From: Hyphomicrobiales bacterium
GTDB lineage: Bacteria > Pseudomonadota > Alphaproteobacteria > Rhizobiales > Rhizobiaceae
Assembly (NCBI GenBank): GCA_015654965.1
Contig: JAATGD010000145.1
Span: 1 to 32,987 of the forward strand
Reading direction: 5' to 3'
DNA length: 32,987 nucleotides
Position 1 is the first letter of the stretch, and the number at the start of each line of letters is the position of its first letter. This document shows, in pieces, positions 18,283-27,985 of the stretch. The notes beneath the pieces were generated by a model, which was not told the DNA's origin, did no database searches, and worked only from the letters and a program-made list of their open reading frames with translations. Position numbers and translations under genes: made by a program.

Positions 18283-19119
18283 ATGTTGCCTCAAATTTCC
18301 TCCATCACCAAACGTCTCGCACTCGGCATTTTCATTGCTGGTTCAGTTGCAGGAGCGGCTCACGCCGATGCAACGCTTGATCGCATCAAGGCCAAGGGCA
18401 AGCTGACGGTTGGCGTTATCCTTTCCGGCGCGCCATTCGGTTATATCGATCCCAAGACGCAGGAACAGAAGGGACTGAATATCGATATCGCCAGGGGACT
18501 GGCGAAAGGTCTGGGCGTGGAACTGGCAACGCAGACCGTCACGCCACCCAACCGCGTACAGTTTTTGCAGCAGGGCAAGGTCGATATCCTGATCGCCAAC
18601 ATGCAATATACCGAAGAACGCGCCAAGTCGCTCGGTTATGTGAAGACGCCCTATGACCGCATGGGCGGCGCAGCGCTCGGCCGCAAGGATAGCGGCATCA
18701 AGGACTGGACAGACCTCAAAGGCAAGGTTGCCTGCGTATCGCAAGGCTCGAACTATACCCAGCCGCTGATCGAGGAATATGGCGCCAACGTCAAGGCGCT
18801 GCCAAGCCAGCCGGAATCGCTCCTCGCGCTCAAGGGTGGCAATTGCGATGTATCGGTTCATGTCAGCGGCACGCTGGGCCTGATGCTTCAGGACCGCGCC
18901 GAGGAATGGAAGGATTATGCCATTCTGATCCCGACCGACCTGATCCCCTCGGATTCCGTCATCTGGCTCAAGAAAGACGAGAACGACACCGAAGCAACCC
19001 TCGACAAGATCGTGCGTGAACTGCACGCATCGGGCAAGCTGATCGAAATCGCCAAGGCAAACCGCCTGCCGAACCTGAGCTATCTTGAAGAAGAGCACAA
19101 CAAGCTCAAGGCTCAATAA
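18283..19119 (+). CDS. Polar amino acid ABC substrate-binding protein
   Basis: Signal peptide ending AAHA-D, TLDRIKAKGKLTVG and NRVQFLQQGKVDILIANM. Confidence 0.92.
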   Translation: MLPQISSITKRLALGIFIAGSVAGAAHADATLDRIKAKGKLTVGVILSGAPFGYIDPKTQEQKGLNIDIARGLAKGLGVELATQTVTPPNRVQFLQQGKVDILIANMQYTEERAKSLGYVKTPYDRMGGAALGRKDSGIKDWTDLKGKVACVSQGSNYTQPLIEEYGANVKALPSQPESLLALKGGNCDVSVHVSGTLGLMLQDRAEEWKDYAILIPTDLIPSDSVIWLKKDENDTEATLDKIVRELHASGKLIEIAKANRLPNLSYLEEEHNKLKAQ

Positions 19120-19146
19120 GCCTTAAAGCCCTGTTTGAACCAAACC

Positions 19147-19175
19147 AATTGCGGGCGGCTCTACCGTCCGCAATT
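19147..19175 (+). other. Intercistronic stem-loop after the substrate-binding gene
   Basis: AATTGCGGGCGG-CTCTA-CCGTCCGCAATT forms a 12-bp stem with one G-U pair on the plus (sense) strand. Confidence 0.65.
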
Positions 19176-19210
19176 TCAAAGCGTGTTCAGAACGCAACCG
19201 GATCATTTCA

Positions 19211-19954
19211 ATGAAAGAAGCTCTGATTTCGCGCTTTATCGAGCTGACAAGCGCAATCGGCCTCAATTATGAATTCCTCAATAGCGGCTATGAAGTCGAT
19301 ATGTGGCTCAACGGCATGGTCACGACGCTGCAACTGGTCGTCATCACCATTCCGCTGAGCCTCGTTTTCGGTGTCCTGTTTGCGGGTGCACTCACCTCGG
19401 GCAAGCGCTGGCTTGCGGTGCCGGTGCGCGGCTATGTCGAACTCACCCGCAATACGCCGACGCTTGTGCAATTGATGTGCGGTTTTCTCGTGCTCAATAT
19501 GCTGATTTCCAATGCCATTGGCGGCGCCCACAACAATCCGCTCACCCCTTTCTTCTGGGTCATCGCGATAACCGGCCTGCATATCGCAGCCCTTCACGCA
19601 GAAGCCCTGCGCGGTGGTATCGAAGCTGTTCCAGCGACCACGATCGAGGCAGCACGCGCAATCGGTTTCAATTCCGTGCAGGTGCTCCTTTATGTGGAAT
19701 TGCCGCTCGCCATCCGCACGGCACTGCCTGCCATAATCAACAATCTCGTCAATCTGGTGAAACTGACCACGGTCGGCTCGGCGATTGCCGTGGGCGAAAT
19801 CACCTATGCATCGATCCTGATCTGGACGCAGCGCGACAATGTGGTCGAGTTGATGCTGGTCATCCTGCTGTTTTTCAGCTTGATCAATCTCATCGTCGCG
19901 CGCATTGGCTTCTGGTTTGAAAAGCGCCTCGCAATTCCGGGATATGGCCAATGA
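19211..19954 (+). CDS. Polar amino acid ABC permease
   Basis: YVELTRNTPTLVQL and AEALRGGIEAV...EAARAIG. Confidence 0.9.
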   Translation: MKEALISRFIELTSAIGLNYEFLNSGYEVDMWLNGMVTTLQLVVITIPLSLVFGVLFAGALTSGKRWLAVPVRGYVELTRNTPTLVQLMCGFLVLNMLISNAIGGAHNNPLTPFFWVIAITGLHIAALHAEALRGGIEAVPATTIEAARAIGFNSVQVLLYVELPLAIRTALPAIINNLVNLVKLTTVGSAIAVGEITYASILIWTQRDNVVELMLVILLFFSLINLIVARIGFWFEKRLAIPGYGQ

Positions 19955-20730
19955 GCATCGCAATCGAACAAAAAACAGGCCTGTTCCTGTCCCCGACAAC
20001 GATCACCTTCTCGACCATCATTCTCGCGGTAGCACTCTGGTTCTATCTCGATCCATCACTGGCGCAAATCTGGCTCGACTGGCTGCCCTATCTCGGCAAG
20101 GGCTTTGCCATGAACGTGCTGATCAGCATTCTTGCGATTACGCTCGGCACCTTTGTCGGGGTGCTGATGGGCATCATGGAGCTTGCGCCCTACCGGCTCG
20201 TCCGTGCGCCCGCCATGACCTATGTGCAGATTTTCCGCAATGCGCCGCATCTCGTGCTGATCTTCGCCGCGACCTATATTTTCCCGTTCGAGCTGGTGAT
20301 TTTTGGCAATTACATCGCTTTCCCCGACTGGATCAAGGCGGTCGTCGGCCTTGCCATTCCCGCGAGCGCCCATATTGCGGAAATCACCCGCGGCTCCATC
20401 CAGTCGATCCCGACAGCACAATGGGAAGCCGCACAGGGGCTTGGTTTTTCGCGTCTGCAATCGCTACGCTGGATCATCCTGCCGCAATGTGTCAAACGTT
20501 CGCTGCCGCCATGGATGAACCTTTATACGTCCATCACCATGGGCACGGCGCTCGCCTCGCTTGTCGGTGTGCATGAACTCTTGCATTCGGCAACCGACGC
20601 CAGCACCGCCGTGCAGCGCAACGACTTCACCGTCATCATCTATCTCACCGTGCTGATGGCGTTCTTTCTCTTCTGCTATCCCGTGTCGCGCTTTACACAG
20701 CGGCTCGAAAAGCGGCTTTCGGCCCGCTGA
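19951..20730 (+). CDS. Polar amino acid ABC permease
   Basis: YVQIFRNAPHLV and AEITRGSIQSIPTAQWEAAQGLG. ATGA overlap with the previous gene. Confidence 0.9.
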   Translation: MSIAIEQKTGLFLSPTTITFSTIILAVALWFYLDPSLAQIWLDWLPYLGKGFAMNVLISILAITLGTFVGVLMGIMELAPYRLVRAPAMTYVQIFRNAPHLVLIFAATYIFPFELVIFGNYIAFPDWIKAVVGLAIPASAHIAEITRGSIQSIPTAQWEAAQGLGFSRLQSLRWIILPQCVKRSLPPWMNLYTSITMGTALASLVGVHELLHSATDASTAVQRNDFTVIIYLTVLMAFFLFCYPVSRFTQRLEKRLSAR

Positions 20731-20748
20731 CAAGGATCGGAAATTCAT

Positions 20749-21540
20749 ATGAGCGACAGCAATAAAACGACACTGGTTGAACTGGAAGACGTTCATCTGT
20801 CTTTCGGGCAGAATGAAGTGCTTAAAGGCATCGACCTCAAGATCAACAAGGGTGATGCCGTCTCGATCATCGGACCATCGGGGTCGGGAAAATCGACCAT
20901 CCTGCGCTGCATCAATGGTTTGCTCATCCCGCAATCGGGCAAGATCACCGTGGGTTCGACCCGCGTGGATGAGCTGAAAACCGAAGCCGAACGCATCAGT
21001 CTGCGCAAACGCATCGGCATCGTGTTCCAGCAGTTCAACCTGTTTCCGCATCTGACGGTTCTCCAAAACATCACCATTGCGCCGGTGAAAATCCTGCGCA
21101 CCCCGAAAGCCGATGCCGAACGTCACGCCAGGGAGCTTCTGGAAAAAGTGCGTCTGGGGCACAAGACCGATGCCTATCCGGGTGAACTTTCGGGCGGACA
21201 GCAGCAGCGTGTCGCCATTGCGCGCGCGCTCGCCATGCGCCCCGAACTGGTGTTGTTTGATGAAGTCACCTCCGCACTTGATCCTGAAACCGTCGGCGAA
21301 GTGCTCTCGGTCATTCGCGATCTCGTCAATGAAGGCATGACCAGCATTCTCGTCACCCACGAAATGCGCTTTGCCGAAGAAATCAGCGATACGATCATCT
21401 TTACCGAAAACGGCCACATCATCGAGCAGGGCACGCCGGAGCAGCTTTTCTACAAGTCGAAGAACCCGCGCATCAGCGCTTTCGTCAATGGCCTTGGCGG
21501 CACGGCAAACCGTGTCAATGAAGGTGGCGAGGGAATCTGA
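20749..21540 (+). CDS. Polar amino acid ABC transporter ATP-binding protein
   Basis: [38 protein letters not shown] and VTHEMRFA. Confidence 0.93.
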   Translation: MSDSNKTTLVELEDVHLSFGQNEVLKGIDLKINKGDAVSIIGPSGSGKSTILRCINGLLIPQSGKITVGSTRVDELKTEAERISLRKRIGIVFQQFNLFPHLTVLQNITIAPVKILRTPKADAERHARELLEKVRLGHKTDAYPGELSGGQQQRVAIARALAMRPELVLFDEVTSALDPETVGEVLSVIRDLVNEGMTSILVTHEMRFAEEISDTIIFTENGHIIEQGTPEQLFYKSKNPRISAFVNGLGGTANRVNEGGEGI

Positions 21541-21541
21541 C

Positions 21542-22870
21542 ATGACCGATCATGTGACCCGGACGTTGAGTGAAGCCATTCTCGGCTCCACCCCTTCCCA
21601 TGAAGCAAGCGCTATTGCGCGCACGGCAATCGTTGATTTTCTCGCCTGTGCGCTTGGCGGCGCCAATGACCGCAGCACCCGTCTCGTGCACAAGGTTCTG
21701 GGCGCAAGCGGGAATGTCGCGCTGATCGGCCAGAGCGGGACCGTCGATGCTTTTACTGCAGCGCTGATCAATGGTCATGCGGCGCATGTGCTCGATTATG
21801 ACGATGTGCATGGCAGCGTGCGCGGCCACCCGACGATTGCCATTATGCCGGCCCTTCTTTCGGTCGCAGCAGAAAACGATGTCAGCGCGGAGGCGTTTAT
21901 TTCCGCCTATATTGCAGGCCTTGAAACCATGGCACGGCTCGGCCTTGCCATGGGCACGAAACATTATGAAACCGGCTTTCATGCAACCGCCACGCTCGGC
22001 ACCATCGGTGCGGCTGCGGCCATCGCCCATCTTCGCAAATTCGACGTAAAAACCACGGCAATCGCGCTTGGACTTGCCGCCACGCAATCGGCAGGGCTTC
22101 GCCTGCAATTCGGATTTGATGCAAAGCCGCTTCATGCGGGCCTTGCCGCACGTGCGGGATTAACAGCAGCACGGCTTGCCGAAGCCGGATTTCAGGGCGC
22201 ACCCGATTTCATCGACAGCCCGATCGGTTTTTTCAAGGCTTTTGCCTTTGGCGCGGAAGACATTTCCCGCGTTACCCAAAACTGGGGCGCGCCATGGCAG
22301 ATCATTGTGCCGGGCTTGACGCTCAAGGCTTTCCCCTGCTGCACGGCCGCCCATCCGGTCGGCGTTGGCGCTTTGCAACTGCGCAATGAAAAGGGGCTGC
22401 AACCCGATCAGGTCGCAGCAGTTTCCATAACCTTCCCGCCCGGTGGTGACGCGGCTTTGGTGACGACCAGACCTGTGACCGGCATCGACGCGCGTTTCAG
22501 CCCTGAATATGTCTTTGCCGCAGCCTTGCGCGATGGAAAACTGGCAATCGGGCATTTTGACGAGCGTCCGGTCGATACCCATCTGGCGGAGCTTGCAGCA
22601 AAAGTCACACGCCGCCATGACGAAACAGCCCCGCGGCTTTCACCCGATCCGAAAACCCGTTTCGTCATCATCGATGTAACGCTTCATGACGGCTCGACGC
22701 TTTCGCAACGCGTCGATGGTCTGCCAAGCATTTCGGACCCGACCGACAAATTCAAGGACGCTACCGGCAATGATCCGCGCTTTGCGGAGATTCCGGCCCT
22801 CGTCCAGTCCATGACCAATGCAGGTGACTTGCAAAAGCTCATCGCGCTGCTCAACCAATCCGTGGAGTAA
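21542..22870 (+). CDS. MmgE/PrpD family protein
   Basis: AALINGHAAHVLDYDDVH, GHPT, GFHATATLG, KPLHAG and KAFPCC. Start is ATG 21542, 1 bp after the ATPase stop. Confidence 0.9.
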   Translation: MTDHVTRTLSEAILGSTPSHEASAIARTAIVDFLACALGGANDRSTRLVHKVLGASGNVALIGQSGTVDAFTAALINGHAAHVLDYDDVHGSVRGHPTIAIMPALLSVAAENDVSAEAFISAYIAGLETMARLGLAMGTKHYETGFHATATLGTIGAAAAIAHLRKFDVKTTAIALGLAATQSAGLRLQFGFDAKPLHAGLAARAGLTAARLAEAGFQGAPDFIDSPIGFFKAFAFGAEDISRVTQNWGAPWQIIVPGLTLKAFPCCTAAHPVGVGALQLRNEKGLQPDQVAAVSITFPPGGDAALVTTRPVTGIDARFSPEYVFAAALRDGKLAIGHFDERPVDTHLAELAAKVTRRHDETAPRLSPDPKTRFVIIDVTLHDGSTLSQRVDGLPSISDPTDKFKDATGNDPRFAEIPALVQSMTNAGDLQKLIALLNQSVE

Positions 22871-22873
22871 AAA

Positions 22874-24175
22874 ATGACCAAGAAACAGATGCATCTCGGC
22901 CTCTTCCTGCAAGGCGCGGGACATCATGTGGCAGGCTGGCGGCACCCGGATGCGGAATCTGGCAGCGAGAATTTCGACCTGCTGCGTCGTTTGGCCAAAG
23001 AGGCGGAAGACGCGAAATTCGACATGGTGTTTCTGGCTGACGGACTGACCAGCGGTGCCGATGCGCATCCTTCCATGGTTGCGCGTTTCGAGCCGTTGAC
23101 GCTTTTGTCGGCACTTGCCATGGTCACCGACAAGATCGGTCTGGCGGCAACGGCTTCCACCACCTATGGCGAGCCTTATCATACGGCGCGCGCCTTCGCC
23201 TCCATCGATCATCTGAGCCATGGACGCGCTGCGTGGAATATCGTCACGACATCCTATGCCCGCACGGCCAATAATTTTTCCAAGAGCCATCCCGACCATG
23301 ACGAACGCTATGTGGTGGCAGAAGAATTCGTCGATGTCGTGCGCGGTCTTTGGGACAGCTGGGATGACGATGCTTTCCCGAAAGACAAGGAAAAGGGCAT
23401 CTATGCCGACCCAAGCAAGGTGCATGTGCTCAACCACAAGGGTAAATATTACTCGGTTCAGGGACCGCTCAATATTCCGCGCTCACCGCAGGGCCATCCG
23501 GTTCTGATTCAGGCTGGTTCCTCCGGTCCCGGTCAGGATCTGGCAGCACGCATCGCCGATATCGTCTTCACCGCCCAGCAGAGCCTTGAAGAAGCGCAGG
23601 CTTTTTATGCAAGCCTCAAGGAACGCGTGGCCAAAGCCGGTCGCGATCCCGACAGTGTGGCCGTCATGCCCGGTTTCATGCCCATCATCGGCGCAAGTTT
23701 TGAAGATGCGGCGGAAAAGCTGAAAGAGCTGAACCGCTGGACGGATATCAAGAGCGCCATGCCTTTGCTCGAAGAACGCATCGGCCATAGCCTTGCCGAT
23801 TACGATCTCGATGGCCCGCTGCCGGACCTGCCGATTTCCGATCAGCTGCGCAGCCGCGCAGAACTCCTGCGTGATCTGGCACGACGCGAAAACCTCACGA
23901 TCCGCGATCTGGCACTGCGTGTGGCGGCGGGCCGTGGCCATCATATCGTGCTGGGAACGGCAGAGCAGATCGCCGACCGTATGCAGGAATGGTTCGAGGG
24001 CAATGCAGCCGATGGCTTCAATGTCATGCCGCCTTATTTCCCGGGCGGCCTTGAAGATTTCAACAGCAAGGTCGTACCTATCCTTCAGGAACGCGGCCTG
24101 TTCCGCAAGGAATATACCGGGACGACACTGCGTGAGCATCTCGGCATTGCCCGACCGGAAATCAGGCAGGCATAA
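22874..24175 (+). CDS. LLM-class FMNH2-dependent monooxygenase (NtaA/SnaA/DszA family)
   Basis: GHHVAGWRHP, FDMVFLADG, FEPLTLLSALA, GRAAWNIVT, QAGSSGPG and VVPILQERGLFRKEYTGTTLREHLG. Confidence 0.93.
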   Translation: MTKKQMHLGLFLQGAGHHVAGWRHPDAESGSENFDLLRRLAKEAEDAKFDMVFLADGLTSGADAHPSMVARFEPLTLLSALAMVTDKIGLAATASTTYGEPYHTARAFASIDHLSHGRAAWNIVTTSYARTANNFSKSHPDHDERYVVAEEFVDVVRGLWDSWDDDAFPKDKEKGIYADPSKVHVLNHKGKYYSVQGPLNIPRSPQGHPVLIQAGSSGPGQDLAARIADIVFTAQQSLEEAQAFYASLKERVAKAGRDPDSVAVMPGFMPIIGASFEDAAEKLKELNRWTDIKSAMPLLEERIGHSLADYDLDGPLPDLPISDQLRSRAELLRDLARRENLTIRDLALRVAAGRGHHIVLGTAEQIADRMQEWFEGNAADGFNVMPPYFPGGLEDFNSKVVPILQERGLFRKEYTGTTLREHLGIARPEIRQA

Positions 24176-24184
24176 TATTCACTC

Positions 24185-24224
24185 AAACAAAGGCCCGGAC
24201 CACATGTGCTCCGGGCCTTTGTTT
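24185..24224. terminator. Probable bidirectional intrinsic terminator
   Basis: AAACAAAGGCCCGGA-N10-TCCGGGCCTTTGTTT has perfect 15-bp arms and lies between convergent genes. Confidence 0.85.
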
Positions 24225-24227
24225 CTG

Positions 24228-25265
24228 TCATTCACCCCACGTCCGTTCCAGAACCGAAATCCAGTTCTGGTGCGTGATCTTTGCAAGTTCTGCATCATCG
24301 AAGCCGTGATTGCGCAGGGCTTTTACGAGACGCGGCAAACCGGCCGCATCCTTGAGCTCATCGGGGATGGTCGTGCCGTCGAAATCAGAGCCAAGGGCTA
24401 CATGATCAATGCCGATGCGTTCGGCAATATAGGCGACATGACGCACGATCGGCTCCAGACTGGTATCAGGGTCTTTCACGCCATCGTCGCGCAGGAACAA
24501 AACCCCGAAATTGATACCGACCAGACCGCCCGTATCACGGATGGCATCAAGCTGGCGATCCGTCAGATTGCGGCTGTGCGGGCAGAGTGCATGCACATTT
24601 GAATGCGATGCGACCAGAGGCGCTTTGGACAGTTTCGCAATATCCCAGAAACCCGATTCGTTCATGTGCGACAGATCGATCATGATCTTCAGCGCGTTAC
24701 ACGCCGCAATGAGATTTTTTCCCGCTTGTGTAAGACCGGCGCCAATATCGGGTGAAGACGGATAACGGAATGGAACCCCATAGGCAAAAATATTCGGCCG
24801 GCTCCAGACGGGTCCGAGCGAACGCAAGCCCGCCTGATAGAGCACATAAAGTGCATCGAGATCAGCTGCGATGGCTTCCGCACCTTCGATATGAAAGACT
24901 GCCGAGAAGCGGCCTTCAGTCATCGAGCGGCGAATATCCGCGGCCGTACGACATACGGTCACAGCGCCATCGGAGCGGGTTTGCAGATCAAACAGCAGAC
25001 GCGCCATGCCAAGCGTTGTGTTGAGCGCATCGTGTTGCGATGGCGTCGGATAATCGCCATTGGCATCCTTGGTCATGCTCGGTGAAGGCACATAGATCGC
25101 ACAAAGGCCACCGGCCAACCCACCCGCTTTGGCGCGCGGCAGATCGATATGACCACTTGCCTCCCCTTCAAAAAAACCTGCGATAGCATCCTTGCCACTC
25201 TCGCGCGACAAGCGTAGCAAGACGTCATTGTGGCCATCAAAGACCGGAAGCACATTGTTCGACAT
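24228..25265 (-). CDS. Membrane (renal-type) dipeptidase, peptidase M19
   Basis: VFDGHND, HIEGAE, IDLSH, ASHSN, RNLTD and LGSDFDG. Start is ATG 25265. Confidence 0.92.
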   Translation of the reverse strand: MSNNVLPVFDGHNDVLLRLSRESGKDAIAGFFEGEASGHIDLPRAKAGGLAGGLCAIYVPSPSMTKDANGDYPTPSQHDALNTTLGMARLLFDLQTRSDGAVTVCRTAADIRRSMTEGRFSAVFHIEGAEAIAADLDALYVLYQAGLRSLGPVWSRPNIFAYGVPFRYPSSPDIGAGLTQAGKNLIAACNALKIMIDLSHMNESGFWDIAKLSKAPLVASHSNVHALCPHSRNLTDRQLDAIRDTGGLVGINFGVLFLRDDGVKDPDTSLEPIVRHVAYIAERIGIDHVALGSDFDGTTIPDELKDAAGLPRLVKALRNHGFDDAELAKITHQNWISVLERTWGE

Positions 25266-25332
25266 TTTCTGAAATATCCCGCAGTAAGCCTGAATGACCT
25301 TTATCAGTAGGGAGCGCAAAGGGACACCGCAA

Positions 25333-25347
25333 ATGCAATCCACGCAT
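25333..25347. promoter_or_regulatory. Candidate LysR box in the dipeptidase / serine hydrolase divergent region
   Basis: ATGC-N7-GCAT (ATGCAATCCACGCAT) contains T-N11-A. A partial second site ATGCGAAAAACGGAAT follows at about 25353. Confidence 0.45.
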
Positions 25348-25519
25348 AACACATGCGAAAAACGGAATTGGCTCTATTTTAAACACGCTGTTAAAGGTGC
25401 ACGCATTTATAGCAAATGCCACAGACTATCGGCTCCTTTCCTGTCCTGTATCGAACCAGTCTGACCGGCCTTGTATGAGCGCGGCAAGTTCCTCAATTCA
25501 AGCTGCATCGGAGACATGC

Positions 25520-27052
25520 ATGTCTGATCAAATCGACTGGAAAGCAGCCGCCGCAGTAGCCGAAAAATTCATGCAAAACTGGGCTGATGATCAGCGCGAT
25601 GCTGCTCCTGGGGGCGCTCCCGGTGGCGCAATTGTCGGATTTGACCCGGACGGCATCCGTTTTGCACTGGCGGGCGGGGTGGAAAACCTCTCAACCATGG
25701 CACCATTCACCGCGCATTCGGTCGCGCGTTACGCCTCTGTCACCAAACATGCTTTCTGCGCCATGGTCTTGTCGCATCCCCAAAGCATTGCGCTTGATGA
25801 CAGGCTTGGCCAGCACCTGCCCGAATTACAGGAACCATTGGCCAGTGTCACAGTCGGTAGCGCACTCGATATGAGCGCCGGCCTGCCCGATACGCGCGAG
25901 TGCCTGTCGCTGCTGGGCCTGTCGGTCTACACGCAAACGAGTGCCGATGCCTTGCTCGATTTTCTGGCGCGCCAGACGCGGCTCAATTACCAAGCCGGAA
26001 CGGAAATCTCCTATTCCAACACCGGCTACCGGCTGGTGGAAGCAGCGCTTGAGCGTAAAGGCTTGTTCTTCCGTAACTTCATCCGCGAAATGGGTGCGAA
26101 GGCCGATGCTATCTTTGATGCGCCCGATGTCTGGAACGATGCCGTATCCGGCCTTGCGCCCGGCTATTGGCATGATGGGGCAAAGTGGCAGCTCTCGGCC
26201 GCAGGTCTTCACATTTCCGCGTCAGGCAGCATGACAGGAAGTGCGACCAGTCTCGCCAACTGGCTGCGTGCTTTGCTGGATAATAACGGGTCTTTTACGG
26301 GCTTGCTTGACCGCCTATCGGCACCGCGTGTCCTGAAAGATCACCGCCCGAGCGGCTATGGCCTTGGCGTGATGCAAACGCAAATCGAAGGCGCAAAACT
26401 TATCGGCCATGGTGGCTCGCATCCCGGCTATAAATCCTATTTTCTGCTCGATCCCGAAAGCAAAAGCGGTGTTGTCGTCGTGTCCAACCGCGAAGACACC
26501 AATGGCAAGAAAATCGCACAGGAAACCATGGCGGCCTTGATGGGGCTTGCCATGCCCGTCGCATCTTCAGCGCTTGCCGACGGTCTTTATGTCACGCAAA
26601 CCGGTCCCTTCTGGCTTGAGGTGAGGGGTTCCACCGTCACATGGCTCGATGCCGACGAGAGTGTTTATGAAGATGACGGCACCTATGTGTCGTCCTTTTC
26701 CGCCTCATCGCCGATGCGCCTTAAAATGGATGGCGCGGCCATTATCGGTGAAATCGGCCATCAGCAACGTCAGTTGTTCCCCGTTGGAAAAGAACAGGTT
26801 CCCGCCTCGCTTTCGGGCTGCTGGCTGTCCGATGAAGGTGCTTCCTTCAGGATCGACGGCGATAGCCTCATCATGGGGATCGGACCGGTCCGCCACACGA
26901 TGCCAGTGACGGCATTGGGGGGTGGGCGCTTTCTTTTCACGCTTAAGGATGGTCCATGGACCAAGCGTGTCTGCCTGCATCTGTTGGCTGACAATCGTCT
27001 CGAACTGGTGCTGTCGCGCGCGCGCATGATCGAATATCGCCGCCTTGCCTGA
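25520..27052 (+). CDS. Serine hydrolase of the beta-lactamase/D-aminopeptidase (S12) family
   Basis: SxxK (SVTK), YxN (YSN) and HGG motifs plus a long C-terminal extension, ~510 aa. GGAGA RBS before ATG 25520. Confidence 0.85.
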   Translation: MSDQIDWKAAAAVAEKFMQNWADDQRDAAPGGAPGGAIVGFDPDGIRFALAGGVENLSTMAPFTAHSVARYASVTKHAFCAMVLSHPQSIALDDRLGQHLPELQEPLASVTVGSALDMSAGLPDTRECLSLLGLSVYTQTSADALLDFLARQTRLNYQAGTEISYSNTGYRLVEAALERKGLFFRNFIREMGAKADAIFDAPDVWNDAVSGLAPGYWHDGAKWQLSAAGLHISASGSMTGSATSLANWLRALLDNNGSFTGLLDRLSAPRVLKDHRPSGYGLGVMQTQIEGAKLIGHGGSHPGYKSYFLLDPESKSGVVVVSNREDTNGKKIAQETMAALMGLAMPVASSALADGLYVTQTGPFWLEVRGSTVTWLDADESVYEDDGTYVSSFSASSPMRLKMDGAAIIGEIGHQQRQLFPVGKEQVPASLSGCWLSDEGASFRIDGDSLIMGIGPVRHTMPVTALGGGRFLFTLKDGPWTKRVCLHLLADNRLELVLSRARMIEYRRLA

Positions 27053-27112
27053 TTGCATTTTGCATCCATTGCGCTCAATAGAGAACCATGCCGGTTCAGA
27101 TTGGAACGTCTT

Positions 27113-27985
27113 GTGGAAGTTAAATGGCTTGAAGATTTTCTTGCTTTGGCAAGAACGCTTAATTTCTCCAAGGCCGCCGAAGAACGCAATGTCACGCAAT
27201 CGGCCTTCAGCCGCCGGATCAGGCAGATGGAGGCATGGATCGGCACCAGCCTGATCGATCGCGCGACCTATCCCTCGCGCCTGACCGAGGCCGGATTGCG
27301 GTTCGTGCCGGTCGCCGAGCAGACGCTGCATGATCTTTATCAGGCGCGCCGCAATCTTCAGCGTGAAGACGGCACCGATGCGCGCACCGTCACTCTCACG
27401 GCGCTGCATACGCTTTCCTTGACCTTTTTTCCGCGCTGGATCACTGAGATCAGCGAAACAATCGGCCCCGTCATCTCGCATATGCGCCCGGATTCCGGCA
27501 GTATGGAAGAAAATCTGGAATCGCTTGTGGATGGCGTGTCCGATTTCCTGCTGACCTATCAGAATGAAAATGTGCCGATGCTGCTCGATCCGCAGTTTGA
27601 GCACCATAGGCTGGGTCGGGAAACCATTATCCCGGTCAGTGTTCCCGACAAGACAGGCAAGGCCCTACACCGGATAGAGCCGGATTTTGCCCATATCAGC
27701 TACCAAAAGACATCATTCTTCGGCCAGTTGCTGGCTGCAAAGCTTGCCGCGCGTCTGCCGCCGGACAATCGGGTGCATGTCGGCAGCCATTCCATCAGCC
27801 TGAAAAGCATGGTCATGTCCGGTTGGGGGCTTGCATGGATGCCGGAAAGCCTCGTTGCGGATGAGCTTGAAGACGGGCGGCTCGTGCGCGCAGCAGAGCC
27901 GGAATGGCACATGAATGTGGAAATCCGGCTCTATCGCTCAAAGGAAAACCGGCGACCGATCGTCAAGCGTATCTGGAATCTTTAG
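27113..27985 (+). CDS. LysR-family regulator
   Basis: KWLEDFLALARTLNFSKAAEERNVTQSAFSRRIRQME and GWGLAWMPESLV. Start is GTG 27113. Confidence 0.92.
   Translation: MEVKWLEDFLALARTLNFSKAAEERNVTQSAFSRRIRQMEAWIGTSLIDRATYPSRLTEAGLRFVPVAEQTLHDLYQARRNLQREDGTDARTVTLTALHTLSLTFFPRWITEISETIGPVISHMRPDSGSMEENLESLVDGVSDFLLTYQNENVPMLLDPQFEHHRLGRETIIPVSVPDKTGKALHRIEPDFAHISYQKTSFFGQLLAAKLAARLPPDNRVHVGSHSISLKSMVMSGWGLAWMPESLVADELEDGRLVRAAEPEWHMNVEIRLYRSKENRRPIVKRIWNL

Noticed and set aside
21371-21541. N-terminal extension of the MmgE/PrpD ORF, suggesting a fusion or frameshift
   Set aside because: It overlaps the intact ATPase in another frame, and ATG 21542 gives a normal-length protein.
25520-27052. Serine hydrolase as an AmpC beta-lactamase resistance gene
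   Set aside because: It has no signal peptide, has HGG rather than KTG, and carries a long C-terminal extension typical of D-aminopeptidase-like enzymes.
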